Shown: positions 41,215 to 52,900 of the stretch, one piece after another
Position numbering within the stretch: position 1 is the stretch's first letter
How the letters are laid out: each line of letters opens with the position of its first letter
Assembly (NCBI RefSeq): GCF_006345805.1
Contig: NC_043005.1
Span: 23,188,001 to 23,252,000 of the forward strand
Length of the DNA: 64,000 nt
Direction: 5' to 3'
Origin: Octopus sinensis
Taxonomy: Eukaryota
Position numbers and translations under genes: made by a program
The notes under the pieces: model-generated
Database searches by the model: none
Told to the model about the DNA's origin: nothing
The model's input: the letters and a program-made list of their open reading frames with translations, nothing else

Positions 41215-41560
41215 TCATCATCATCATCGTTTAAAGTCCGTTTTCTGCACTAGCACGGGTTGGACGGTTCGACCGGGGTCTGGGGAACCAGGGGCTGCTC
41301 CAGGCTCCAGTCTGATCTGGCAGTGTTTCTACAGCTGGATGCCCTTCCTAACGCCAACCACTCTGCGAGTGTAGTGGGCGCTTTTTACGTTCCACCTGCA
41401 CAGGTGCCAGAGGGGTCTGGCATCAGCCACGATCAGTTGGTGCTTTTTATGTGCCACTGGCACAGAAGCCAGTCGAGGTGGGGCTGGCATCGGCCACGTT
41501 CAGATGGTGCTTTTTATGTGCCACCGGCACAGAAGCCATTCGAGGCGGGGTTGGCATCGA
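41215..41560 (-). mobile_element. RTE LINE 3' tail fragment
   Basis: Near-identical to 30878-31180. Confidence 0.9.
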
Positions 41561-41570
41561 TATATATATA

Positions 41571-42004
41571 CAAGGTGGGATGGGTAAATTGTTGTCATTT
41601 TATATTTTTAATTTCGTTCATGCACATTGATTGTTTTTGATTTTGTTGAATACACAGTATAGTAGGGTCAGTTGGGCACCATCTGTGAGAAAAACAGCAC
41701 CATGACGCAATTCACTCTGCCAGAAATTTGGAAATGACATGCTGTACTGCTTGGCATTTGTGCTGGAAACTTCAATACGAACATTTCAAAGTGTTTGGGG
41801 GTCAATCTGAGGACAGTGCAATCTGAGGACATGTACTGAGAGTGATAAAAATCAAACATCCAGTCAACATCATGGTGTTTGGAGTGATCACTAGCAATGG
41901 CAACATTATGCCTCCATTCATCTTCTCACACTGCCTCAAACTCAACATGGAGGCCTACATCAAGTGCCCGGAGGAGGCAGTGTTGCCCTGGTTCAAGAGG
42001 GTGA
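41571..42004 (+). mobile_element. Internally deleted DD37D (maT-like) Tc1/mariner transposon
   Basis: ORF 41842..42039 KHPVNIMVFGVITSNGNIMPPFIF...NMEAYIKC is typical of DD37D transposases. The element starts after (TA)n. Confidence 0.7.
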
Positions 42005-42620
42005 CACTCAGGTGCACTACAACTCATCAGAAAAAATAGCTAAAAGTACATGAAAAGTACACAGAATAGAATAGAATAAGTCATTAAAAAGAAAAGATGG
42101 AGCAGGGACATTAGGTGTACTGCTGGAAAATTTCAGGAAGCATGGAAATTTTGAAGGATGTAGTGTTCTGACAATCAACCACTGATATAGGTAATCTAAT
42201 CTATGCTTCAGCAATTCTGAACATGAAAAAGTGTTTCCAAAAGTCATGGGAGTTATGTTTTTTTTTTATTTTGTAAGAATGTCCATGAGTAAACATGCTT
42301 ACAAAATCAAAAAAGTGCCCAAGATTATTGTTAGAAGGATGGTGGATAATCTTGTTGGGGTCCATGAAATCAGATGCCAGATGGTGGAGAGTCAATGTGT
42401 CCATACCCAGGGAAGCAATACATTCAGAGTATGGTAGATGCCTGATGGTGGGATTCATCTAGTTGCATGTTTCTGAATAGTTTCCAGGAGACTGATATGC
42501 TGAGAAAGATAGGGCTTCCAGACTGGTGATGCAAACATTAAGTGCAGATGTACCATAGCCATATACAGCTTTAAATAAATAGCTGGAGAGTGGCTGACCA
42601 AGATCTTACTTCAGCATTCT
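42005..42620 (-). mobile_element. CR1/L2-clade LINE 3' fragment
   Basis: ORF 42201..42458 has THGHSYKIKK...KHFFMFRIAEA, the CR1 C-terminal motif; an upstream minus frame shows a W.PYL..I..LE.IQK.AT pattern. Confidence 0.8.
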
Positions 42621-42623
42621 TGA

Positions 42624-42695
<72 letters not shown>

Positions 42696-42700
<5 letters not shown>

Positions 42701-43028
42701 ATTGGCACACTGTCCCTTAGGACGACATGGGTTCCAGCTGATCCAATCAACGGAACAGCTTGCTCATGAGATTAACATGCAAGTGGCTGAGCACTCCACA
42801 GACATGTGTAGCCATTCACATACTTCTCAGAGAGATTTAGCATGACACAGAGTGTGACAAGGCTAGCCCTTTGAAATACAGGTACTACTCACTTTTGCCA
42901 GCTGAGTGGACTGCAGCACCGTGAAATAAAGTGCCTTGCTTAAGGACACAATGCGCTGCCAAGAATCGAACTTGTGACCCTACAATCGTGAGCCAAATAC
43001 CCTAACCACTAGGCCACATGCCTTCACT
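42696..43028 (-). mobile_element. tRNA-derived SINE family B
   Basis: Minus strand starts GTGAAGGCATGTGGCCTAGTGGTTAGGG (A box) ...AGTTCGATTC (B box), then GTGTCCTTAAGCAAGGCACTT core. Confidence 0.8.
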
Positions 43029-43148
43029 ATATATATATATATATTACAATCAAAATCACCCCATTTTGAATTATATGGATAATACCATACTAAATTCTGG
43101 TGCCTTTAACTTAAGTACCATATTCAACTGAATCTCAATTTTACTGAA

Positions 43149-43190
<42 letters not shown>

Positions 43191-43635
43191 CATAGAGGGA
43201 TTGGACCAAATAATGGAAACACCTAGCATAATAATTTTGAAATATCTATAAAACCATCAAAAGCTTGTTTATTTTTATGTTTTCTGATTTATTATTAGTG
43301 TTGCTTAATATGTTTTGCTAACATTGCTGTTTCTTTTCAGATATCATCAGAAAAAGGTAATTAAAATTCATTAAAATGACAGATCTATCGGACTTTCAAA
43401 GAGGTCAAATTGTTGGTACTCGTATGGCAGGTGCTAGCATAACAAAAACAGCTGAAATGTTTGGTGTATCAAGAAGTACTGTCTCGAAAGTAACGACAGC
43501 CTTTGAGAAAGTGGGAAAAACCTCCTTGTCAAAACAAAACTCCGGAAGAAAACCAAAACTTTCAGATAGGGATTGTTGGACTCTTACGTGAATCATTAGA
43601 AAGGATCACAAAAGTACAGCTCCCAAAATTACTGC

Positions 43636-44013
43636 TTGTACTTGTACTTGTACTTACATTCACCCTGGGCGGGTTGAGTCGGCTTCTTCTACCACCCTCG
43701 AGGCATCTTGAACCATGGCACTGGAAGAAGTTTCGTGAGAATATGAATTTCACAAGCGGTCCCCAACAATCCCGCATGTAGAGACGTCTTGTTTGCCACA
43801 GATTGTCCACAGACACAGGGACAGAATGACCAAGGAGCCGCCAGTTGCCGAAACAGACACTCCGAGGATTTTCACCAGAGCCCTGTCTGCCTAATACCAC
43901 TCGGTGTCAGACCAATCCACCTTGGGTGGCCTAACCAGGAACCGAAGTTCCCGATGGCATAGCTCTGATACTACCCGTTGCCAGCATCCCCACCACGGTG
44001 AAGAGGGGATGGG
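43636..44013 (-). mobile_element. 378-bp RTE-derived non-autonomous retroposon
   Basis: Perfect 12-bp TSD CAAAATTACTGC (43624-43635 and 44014-44025), (AAGTAC)3 3' tail and an RTE-like 5' UTR head. Confidence 0.85.
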
Positions 44014-44547
44014 CAAAATTACTGCAGAGCTTAATGACCACCTTGAGAACTCAGTTTCCTCAAAAATTGTTTGCCAGGAGCTGCACAAAGCCAGATTTCA
44101 TGGGAGGGCTGCAATCAGAAAACCACTACTTTCAAAAACAAATGTTGCAATGCGTTTAGAATTAGTCCCTAGAGCAGTGGAAGAATGTTATTTTCTCAGA
44201 CGAGTCATCCTTCACCTTATTTCCAACCACTGGCCAAGTATACATGTGGAAACAGCCAAAAGAAGCATTTGACCCAGACTACCTTCTTCCAACTGTTAAA
44301 CATGGAGGAGGATCTGTGATGATCTGGCAGACCTATAACTTGGAAATCCGCTGGCCCAATAGTTTCCCTTCATGGCAGAATTAATAGTCAAGTCTATTTA
44401 AGCATTTTATCAGATCAAATTCATCCTATGGTTGTGGAACTGTTTCCAGAGGGAAATGCAATCTTTCAGGATGATAATGCACCAATTCACACCGCTAAAG
44501 TTGTTATTGAATGGCACAAGGAACATTCTAGTGAAGTTGAACATCTT

Positions 44548-44867
44548 ATAATAATAATAATAATAAACATTGTGTACAGTGCTCAGGTGCACTACAACTC
44601 ATCTAAAGTGCATATATAATCAGGTGTAGTTTTGACGGATTTCGGAAAGCATGAGGGCCTTAAAGGATGCAGTGTCATGGCAGTCAACAACTGACGCAGG
44701 CAATTTATTCCATGCTTCAGCAACTCTGAGCGTGAAGAAATGTTTCCGAAAGTCATGGGAGCTGTGTTGTTTTCTGACTTTGTAGGCATGGCCACGTGTG
44801 TTAGACACATAGGGATCAAAAAGGTGTTCAGTGTTGTTATTGGTGAGGTGGTTGACAACTTTGTGGG
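44548..44867 (-). mobile_element. CR1/L2 3' fragment with (ATT)n tail inserted in the Tc1 transposase
   Basis: ORF 44620..44808 TRGHAYKVRKQ...FFTLRVAEAWNKLP. Tc1 reading EHL|IWPPQS resumes at 44869. Shares CTCAGGTGCACTACAACTCATC with ~42007. Confidence 0.9.
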
Positions 44868-45131
44868 CATCTGGCCACCACAGTCCCTAGATCTCAATAT
44901 TATTGAACATTTATGGTGCATTTTAGAAAAACAAGTAAGGAGTCGATATTCTCCACCATCATCACTACAAGAACTGGAGACTGTTTTAGTTGAAGAATGG
45001 ACAAAAATTCCTTTGGAAACAATTCATACCTTGTAGAATTCAAGCTGTAATTACTGCCAAAGGTGGTCCTACCCCATATTAAAATAAATTTGTTTCAAAT
45101 TTTAAGGTGTTTCCATTATTTTGTCCAACCC

Positions 45132-45169
<38 letters not shown>

Positions 45170-45691
45170 ACTTGGTCTACTGTACTACTGTACAATACTC
45201 CTACCTTTTTATAAATAGCCATAGTTCCTACAGCAAACTTGACCCTCATCTTTAATCCAGGACAACTTTCCAGTCTTATCATAACTTCTTCAAAAATTAT
45301 TCAGATCTTAATCCGCTACATACTAAGCTATCTCTACTATATTTTCACTAAAACCTTACGATAAAACACACTACGATAATACACACAACAATCTATTTCC
45401 TGTTCCACATACACATCTATCATAGCTGGAAATTTTCCTTAAAATAAAGCAAAAATCCCACTTTCTTTAAAAAAAACGAAGAAACTCACTCTCAATTTTT
45501 TCCTTAAATTCTTACTAAATAATGTTTTCTAATTGTTTGGGGTCTTCGCAATACAATTGAAAATTTTGCCTCCTGTTGGTGACTAAAGGGAGAATAGTGT
45601 TTAAGGCAACCAAATGGTCTGCTGTAGCCATCGTCTTCAAACAACCCAAGTATACATGAGTTGCCTCCCATAATTACAAACCTCATCTTAC

Positions 45692-45771
45692 CTGTGCCAA
45701 ATTTTTTCGATAACGACGTCATATTTTCAAAATGAAACCAGGCGTAAGTTCTAGGTCTTGAGACAAAAAAC
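45692..45771 (-). CDS. Candidate exon with an in-frame ATG at 45722 (MTSLSKKFGT, phase-1 donor), product unknown
   Basis: CTAACTTTTCCATATTTCAG acceptor and ACAG|GTAAGA donor; one frame is open throughout; lies in a CpG-retaining island. Confidence 0.4.
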
Positions 45772-47994
45772 CTGAAATATGGAAAAGTTAGAATGTTAGC
45801 CATACATTGACATGACACGAAAACCCTACATCTTAAAATTTTTAATAATGAAAGTTACAATTTAGTAATTCTCATTTCAAATGTATCAAAAATGTTTGAG
45901 ATGTTTATGAATAAAAATTTTTTGTTTGGATCGTTATGATTCGCAGATCTTTCTTGGCTTCAACTAAAACAGGTTCTGAAAATTCAGCATTAGTTGTAAC
46001 AGTGAATAACATTTTGGTAGGGGTGAGTGGGGGAAAATGAGTAACTTCTTTGACAGGAATCTTGGCAGGCAGGAGCTTGCACCAGATTTCAGTGTCTATT
46101 TTTGGCACGGTTTTTATAGCTAGATGCCCTTCCTAACACCAACAACCCAGCAGAGTGGACATAAGTTTTCTAATGTAGTGAGTATTTGTAAAAAAATATA
46201 TTTTGTCTCAAAGTGAAAAATGCAGTAAAAACACCCCATTTTGCACCTCCACCCCATAGACTCCATATTATATATCTCTATAGTATAGAGATATTTAAAA
46301 GAAAATATATAGCTCTAAATATAAGAAAATTTTTGATTGGGTGTGATAATGTGGTGGGGCTGGTATTTCCACTAAAAGTCTTGGAGACTCTCTTTTAAAT
46401 TTGGTCTCAACAGCTTGAAAAGTGATGTGGAATGAAAAAAAGGCAAGAAACATCAATAACATTTTCAATAAGTAAATAAACATTTAAAGATATTTCTATA
46501 TTTAATTGCAATATATGAAGTGAGAATAATGTGTGGAATATTTTTGGGGGGATTTATTTTCTAGTTTGAGCCCATATTTATCTGCAATTATCTCGTACTT
46601 TTATGAATAGATATTGTTTCCTTGCATATAAGTAGTAATTATATGGTTTTGATAAATATTGGTTTTTAAACATAGTCTCTATAATTCGTTTTTAATGGTA
46701 GAACTTGCAGTAGATAAAGCTATAAATGATAGCGTGTAAACATTGAGTTAAAAGCCCCTTTTCATAAAAGAAGTCAAAGGCTACTCAAACTCACATCTGT
46801 CAGCATAAGTCTTGGATCTTTACCTTTTGACCTACAGATTTAAAAAATATTTTTTGTAACTAAACACTTTCAAACTTCGGACACTGGTAGAATGTGTCAT
46901 ATAAAACGTTCTTTTACTCTTAGCGTTTTTGAGAAAAACTTATATTTACGAAATAATTTCACGTTAAAGTAGTCCTAGGATCTTTATATTTTAAGGGAGA
47001 ACAGAGTAAATAGGAAGTTGTGACGTTTATTCTTTTCTCTAGGAAATTAAATTGGTGGAACGATATGTGAAATAGCCAATAAAACAGAGTTCAAGGAATT
47101 TGACCCAAAACGTCAGCACTTTTCTCTACCTCCTCCTCATGGAATAGGAGTTTTTCTAAATTTAAGAACGTCATTAACATAACTCGATAAATTCAATGAG
47201 AAAGTCTGTAATGAGTTGCTCAACCTGCTAAAAAAAGTAGTCAAATCTTAACCTACTACTTTAAAAAGAGACACATTACATAAGTCACTCCTAGATACAC
47301 TATGTCTGAAAGGATGGAATGGTCACGGTTAGAGCTCATTGATATATGAGGTTTGCATAATCAAGACTGATTAAGAATTACACAAGAGAATCTTTACACG
47401 GTCGCTTGACCTGCTAGAAATAGTGTCAAAATCTTCTATTATATTCTACAATTTTAAATAAAAGGAAAGACACAAGATAATGAAGACCAGGATACAATGT
47501 TCGAATAAAAAGATGGGATGATCATGGTTGTGTCTTTGACAATATATTGCCATGGGGTTAAAAAACATCTGATAGGGAACTCAATTCAAAGAAGTTCACC
47601 TCGTTTCGATATCTGAATATTATTTCCAAGCAAAAGAAAGAAATTCCACAGATCTACAAGTCAAACGTCAAATAAATTATGGTACTATGAAACATAAGAT
47701 TTTCAGTTGTCAAACAGTTACCAGGAAAAACTGATAAAGGATTAGACCATTAAAATGATAATAATTAGTGGAAATTGTAAAGTCTAAACATGAGAACGTA
47801 ATTTTATTGTTCTTTAACAACAATAAAATTACGGAAAGGGAAGTAACTCTTGGACTCGTATGTTTAATTTCTTTTGCTGGTACAGGTCCATTTCTGTCTG
47901 TCTTTCAGTGTCTTTGTCTGTCTGTCTGTCTGTCTGTCTGACTGTCTGTCTGTCTGTCTGTCTGTCTCTTTCTCTCTCTCTCTCTCTTCCTCCG

Positions 47995-48216
47995 CACGCG
48001 CACGTGTGGTTATGTGGTAAGAATCTTGCTTCCCAACTACATGGTTCCAAGTTCAGTCCCACTGCGTGGAATCTTGTGCAAGTGTCTTATACCACAGCCC
48101 CAGAATGACCAAAGCCTTTTGGTCATTCTGCAGAAGACACTTGCCCAAGGTGCTATGTGGTGCGATTGAACCTGGAACCATGTGGTTGGGAAACAAACTT
48201 CTCATCACACAGCCAC
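47995..48216 (+). mobile_element. SINE family A, 5' half
   Basis: Family A head, followed by an inverted second head fragment. Confidence 0.7.
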
Positions 48217-48503
48217 GAAATTCTTGGACAATGAGTCACTCTGTTACTTCTACTAAATATTAATAATAATAATAATATATGTATATATATCATCATCATC
48301 GTCATCGTCATCATCATCATCATCATCATGTAAAGTCTGCCTTCCATGCTGGCATGATTGGGACGGTTTGACAAGAGACTTCTGTGACTGTTTTGGCAGC
48401 ATTTTTACAGCTGGATGCCCTTCCTTATGCCAACCACTTTACAATGTGGACTGGATGCTTTTTAAGTAACACCTGCACTGACAGGGTTGCCATATATATA
48501 TAT

Positions 48504-48574
<71 letters not shown>

Positions 48575-48575
<1 letters not shown>

Positions 48576-49225
48576 GGAAAGATGGCTAAAAGGGAAAGAT
48601 GGCTGCTTATAAATGCCAAAACCTTCCCTGGTGAAGAATGTACCCCACAACATAGACTGGTAGTTAGTGACTTCAGGATCAGGGCTAAATGGATGCCCAG
48701 AAGACGACCAGCAAGGAGAAGAAGGGTCTGGAGACTTAAAGATCCGGCAAACAGACAGAGATTTAGAGGCATATTAACTGAAGCCTTTGACGAAAAAGTA
48801 GGGGATATAGCTTCACATGATATAGAAGACAACTGGAGGTTTCTACAAGACAACCTGCTAAGAGCCACTGACCAGATCTGTGGTTGGTGCAAGGTCCTCT
48901 CTAGATCCAAAATAATGTGGTGGTCGAACAATGTTGTTGACAGGGCTATTAGAGAAAAGAAACAAGCTTGGAAGGACTGGAAGAATGGTGGTAGCAGGGA
49001 ATTGTATCAGACTACCAGAAGGGAAGCTAGGAGGCAGGTTTATTTAGCCAGAGGGGAAGCAGATAAGAAAAAATTTGCCAATGTTCTGCCCCGTGAGGAC
49101 CAAAGACTTGAGGTATTTCGTGTTGCAAGACAGTGTGAGAGAGAATCGTGATATTTTAGGAGAGAAATGTGTTCGCATGGATGATGGCTCACCTGCGCTG
49201 AATGAGGATGCAAAGAGAGAGGTTT
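48575..49225 (+). mobile_element. Internal RTE ORF2 fragment (endonuclease end and linker)
   Basis: ORF 48384..49151 has KTFPGEECTPQHRLVVSDF, WRLKDP and AWKDWK; colinear with 60340-60780. Confidence 0.9.
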
Positions 49226-49412
49226 AAGTGATGGTGGTGGTGGGGTAAACACAGATACTGAGATACACTTATCCCCTCCCACACACACATAAACACACAC
49301 ACACATATAGGACAGGCTTCTTTAAATTTCCTTCTTTACGTTTTATATATAAATATAAAATTATTGCACACACACATATATAACATCATGATTATATATA
49401 TATACACACACA

Positions 49413-50687
49413 TTGTGTCATCCCATAAATAATGCAGTTTTTCAATTGCATGAACTAAAAGTCAAAGGGGGATAGGATTAACTACCTGCATCAACTTGCT
49501 ATAAAAGCAGGTAGTAATTTTACCTTGTATATATTCTTAGTGTAAGTTTTGAAGAATGCTGTTCGATTTTAACAGTTATTTTTTTCAAAGTTATAATGGA
49601 AGTGACAAAGGAGCATATTCAGCATATTTTGCTTTATGAGCTCAATAAAGGCAACAACACAACGGAAAGTGCGCAGAATATTAATGCAATATATGGGGAT
49701 CAAACAATAAGTGTAAGCCAGTTTCAACGGTGGCTCCAGAAATTCCAATCCAGAAAATACAGCCAAGAAGATGAGCCTCATCCTAGAAAATATGTAGAGC
49801 TTGATGAGGACATCCTGAAAATGCTGGCAGAACAAAATCCCATTGCAAGTGTTGTAGAACTAGCAGAAAAGCTTGGATTTGGTCATTCAACCATTCATCG
49901 GCACCTGCGGGCCATCGGAAAAGTTGGCAAATTGGGTCAGTGGGTTCCTCACAAAATTTCCAAGTCTAATCACGTGCAGAGTGTGATTGTGTGCTCTTGT
50001 TTGCTCTCACACCTCATGAATGAACCTTTTTTGGACTGAACAGTGACTGGTGATGGGAAATGGGTTTTCATTAAAAATGTCAAACGCCAAAGGCAGAGTG
50101 TAGGTAAAGGAGAATCATTGGCAGCCCAGGCTAAAGAAGGTCTTCATCCACATAAGGTGTTGCTATCTGTTTGGTGGGATATGAAAGGTTTAGTCCACTT
50201 TGAACTTGTAAACCCAAACTAAATGATAAGAAAGGAAATCTACTGTGAGCAGCTTAAGTCAGCACTAGAAGAAAAACAACCATCTTTGGTTTCAAGACAA
50301 AAGGTGTTCTTCCATCAGGATAATGCTCAGCTACATACAGTGAGGAGGATATTCCAAAGGCTGAAGCAGTTTGAATGGGAAATGATGCCCCATCCACCAT
50401 ATTCACCGGACATTGCCCCATCTGATTATCATTTATTCTGCAGTCTTCAAAATCATTTGGACAGAAAAAGTATGAATTCTGGAGACAAGGTCAGAACAGT
50501 ACTGGAGGAATATTTTTCGTGACTGACAAGTGAATTTTGGAAGAGGGGCCTTGCAAATCTACCAGATAGATGGAAGAGCATTGTAGAAAATGAAGGAGAG
50601 TATATTTTAAATTTAGAAAGAACTTTGGTTATCTTAATTATGAAAAATAAAAGAAGTATAAAAAAACTGCATTATTTATGGGATGAC

Positions 50688-50691
<4 letters not shown>
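49413..50691 (+). mobile_element. Full-length mariner (DD34D) transposon with a pseudogenised transposase
   Basis: TIRs TTG(G/T)GTCATCCCATAAATAATGCAG at both ends. ORFs 49596..50039 (WVPHKI) and 50223..50522 (HQDNA, YSPDIAPSDYHLF); in-frame stops. Confidence 0.95.
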
Positions 50692-50728
<37 letters not shown>

Positions 50729-50822
50729 ATGTATGTATATATGTATGTATATATATATATATATGTATGTATGTGTGTATATATATATAAATATATGCAT
50801 ACATACATATATATGTGTGTGT

Positions 50823-50945
50823 GGAGGCACATGACCTAGTGGTTAGAGCAGCGGACTCGTGGTTGAGGGATCGCGGGTTCGAATCTCAGACTGGGCGATG
50901 TGTGTGTTTATGAGCGAAACATCAAGCTCCACATGGCTCAAGAAG
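50823..50945 (+). mobile_element. tRNA-derived SINE family C, head only
   Basis: GGAGGCACATGACCTAGTGGTTAGAGCAGCGGACTC...GGGTTCGAATCTC with A and B boxes; no intact acceptor or anticodon stems. Confidence 0.8.
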
Positions 50946-52280
50946 GCACAAACAATATATATATACATCAGTCTATGTCTGCTTTCCACACTGGCATGAG
51001 CTGGACAGGTTATCAGCAAGTCAGTTTCTGTTCAGGTTTATTGCTGCAGATAGAGATTTAGCAGGTAAGAAATAGAAAAAAGACTCAGATACAGATATGT
51101 ATTACATATCCCATCACTACCATCGCCATCTATATTTTATCATACATTTCACGGTGCTTACACAAATGGTTGGGACTTCTCCAGTTCAGTAGGTTACCAA
51201 TCCTCATGGCCATTCGTATGCTTCTTTATGAGACACAGCATCTTCAGATAAGTCTTAACTTCTTTGTCCCAAGTTTTCCTCACTCTCTCTCATCCACACA
51301 AGCTTCAATCACTTTGAGTATGCACACTTCTGGGTACAGCTACCGACCTCCATATTCATCAGTCTTCTCTTGCATACATCTTATTCCTCTTAAATTCAGT
51401 TTTTATCTCACTCATTTGTAGACTGTCGTTCATGTACATTAATATTACATATCCTGTAGAATATGCTATCTTTGTTTCTTTCAAGTCTTTGCAAATCATC
51501 TGCAGTCAATGTTTATGGCTAATCATACTTCATATGCAAGCTTTATACTGTTTAGGTTGTTGGGTTATTTTTCTCAATAGACTTCGCCTGTTTCACATGC
51601 AATAATAGTAGACACCATTCACTTGGTCCCAAATGAGTACAAAATGAATACTCGCCCCTCTCTCCCAATATATCTCAAGCAGTCTTGACTGAAAGCTTTA
51701 CTATACCTATATAATCTATTCCTAACATATAGAACCACCTCACTGCAGTGGCATTATTAGACTAATAGTATGTGGACACTGTTCTTAATTGCTGACTTGG
51801 AAGTTCTCCAGAAGAAAGATAAAGATATTATAATTGTCTCTTCAAGACAAAATGAACAGCTTCAGTACAGACAAAGTTTATCATCGATAGAAAGCAAAGC
51901 TGAAAGCTCCACCAAAGAATAACAGTGAGTGCATGGAACACCTAACAGTGAATGAGGAAACTGCTCGACTCATTGACTGGGTCTGCTATTGATCCAACTG
52001 CTACTGATCAACTTGATAAGCTGCAGAAAGATAATTTTCTATGAAGAACAATTAGACATGCTCAGTCTACTGTAACACCAACAAATGATGGCAACATGGG
52101 TGTAGATATAGCTGCGTGTTTAAAAGGTTTATCTTACCTAACCATGTTTTTGTGTTTGATCTCATTGTGCAGCAGCATTTTGATCTTATGAGTTGATCTT
52201 ATGAGTGAGATTTGGCAGATGGAAACAGTGTTGAATCCCATTGTGTATGTGTGTGCACACATGCATACATGTATGCATGC

Positions 52281-52313
<33 letters not shown>

Positions 52314-52344
52314 TGTATGTATGTATGTATGTATGTATGCATGT

Positions 52345-52900
52345 ATGTATGTACAATTTCATCAAAGATGTCTCAGACACATTCTGAATGTTGGCTGGAC
52401 CTTAAAAACTCCAGACACACATGACCTGAGGACAGCTGATATCTTGAGTATTGAGGTGATGGTGCACAAGCACTGGTTATGTTAGACTGGACACCTTAGA
52501 ATGAAGGATAGCAGGATCCCTAAGCAGATGCTATATGAGGAACTTCTTAATGAAATGTGACCATGGCAGAAACCAAGGCTGCAATTTAAGGATTGTGTCA
52601 AGTCCTCATTAAAGGTCTGTGATATGCAGGAGACTGACTGGGAGAGCAATGCCTGTCATCACCACAGATGGAGGAAGCAGGTTAAGAAGGGGGTCGACAC
52701 TTTTGAAAGAGCACGTATTCTGCATGAAGAACTTAAGTGTGCTGCCGAAATGTTGGGTTAACAACAAACAAGATGACAAATATCTGTCAAATGTAAATAA
52801 TGTAAATAATATCCTTTGACATGTCCAGCATAGAAAGACCTACCAGGAGCTTGCTGACATGGTTCTCAGGGTCATTGACATACACAAGCCATCATACTGC
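52345..52900 (+). mobile_element. BovB-like RTE LINE 3' remnant
   Basis: FHQRCLRHILNV, RIPKQMLYEEL and QFKDCVKSSLK motifs. Confidence 0.8.

Larger units (their letters stand above)
43195..45134 (+). mobile_element. Full-length Tc1 (DD34E) transposon, transposase disrupted by two insertions
   Basis: TIRs .AGGG.TTGGAC.AAATAATGGAAACACCT at both ends with TA flanks. Transposase starts at 43376 (MTDLSDFQRGQIVG) and shows SDES, QDDNAPIH and LNIIEHLW motifs; stop at ~45079. Confidence 0.95.

Noticed and set aside
48384-49151. 255-aa ORF as a host gene
   Set aside because: Chimeric frame running from an inverted RTE tail through (TA)n into an RTE ORF2 fragment.
50823-50895. tRNA gene
   Set aside because: A and B boxes are present but the acceptor and anticodon stems do not pair, there is no terminator, and the sequence runs into a SINE body.
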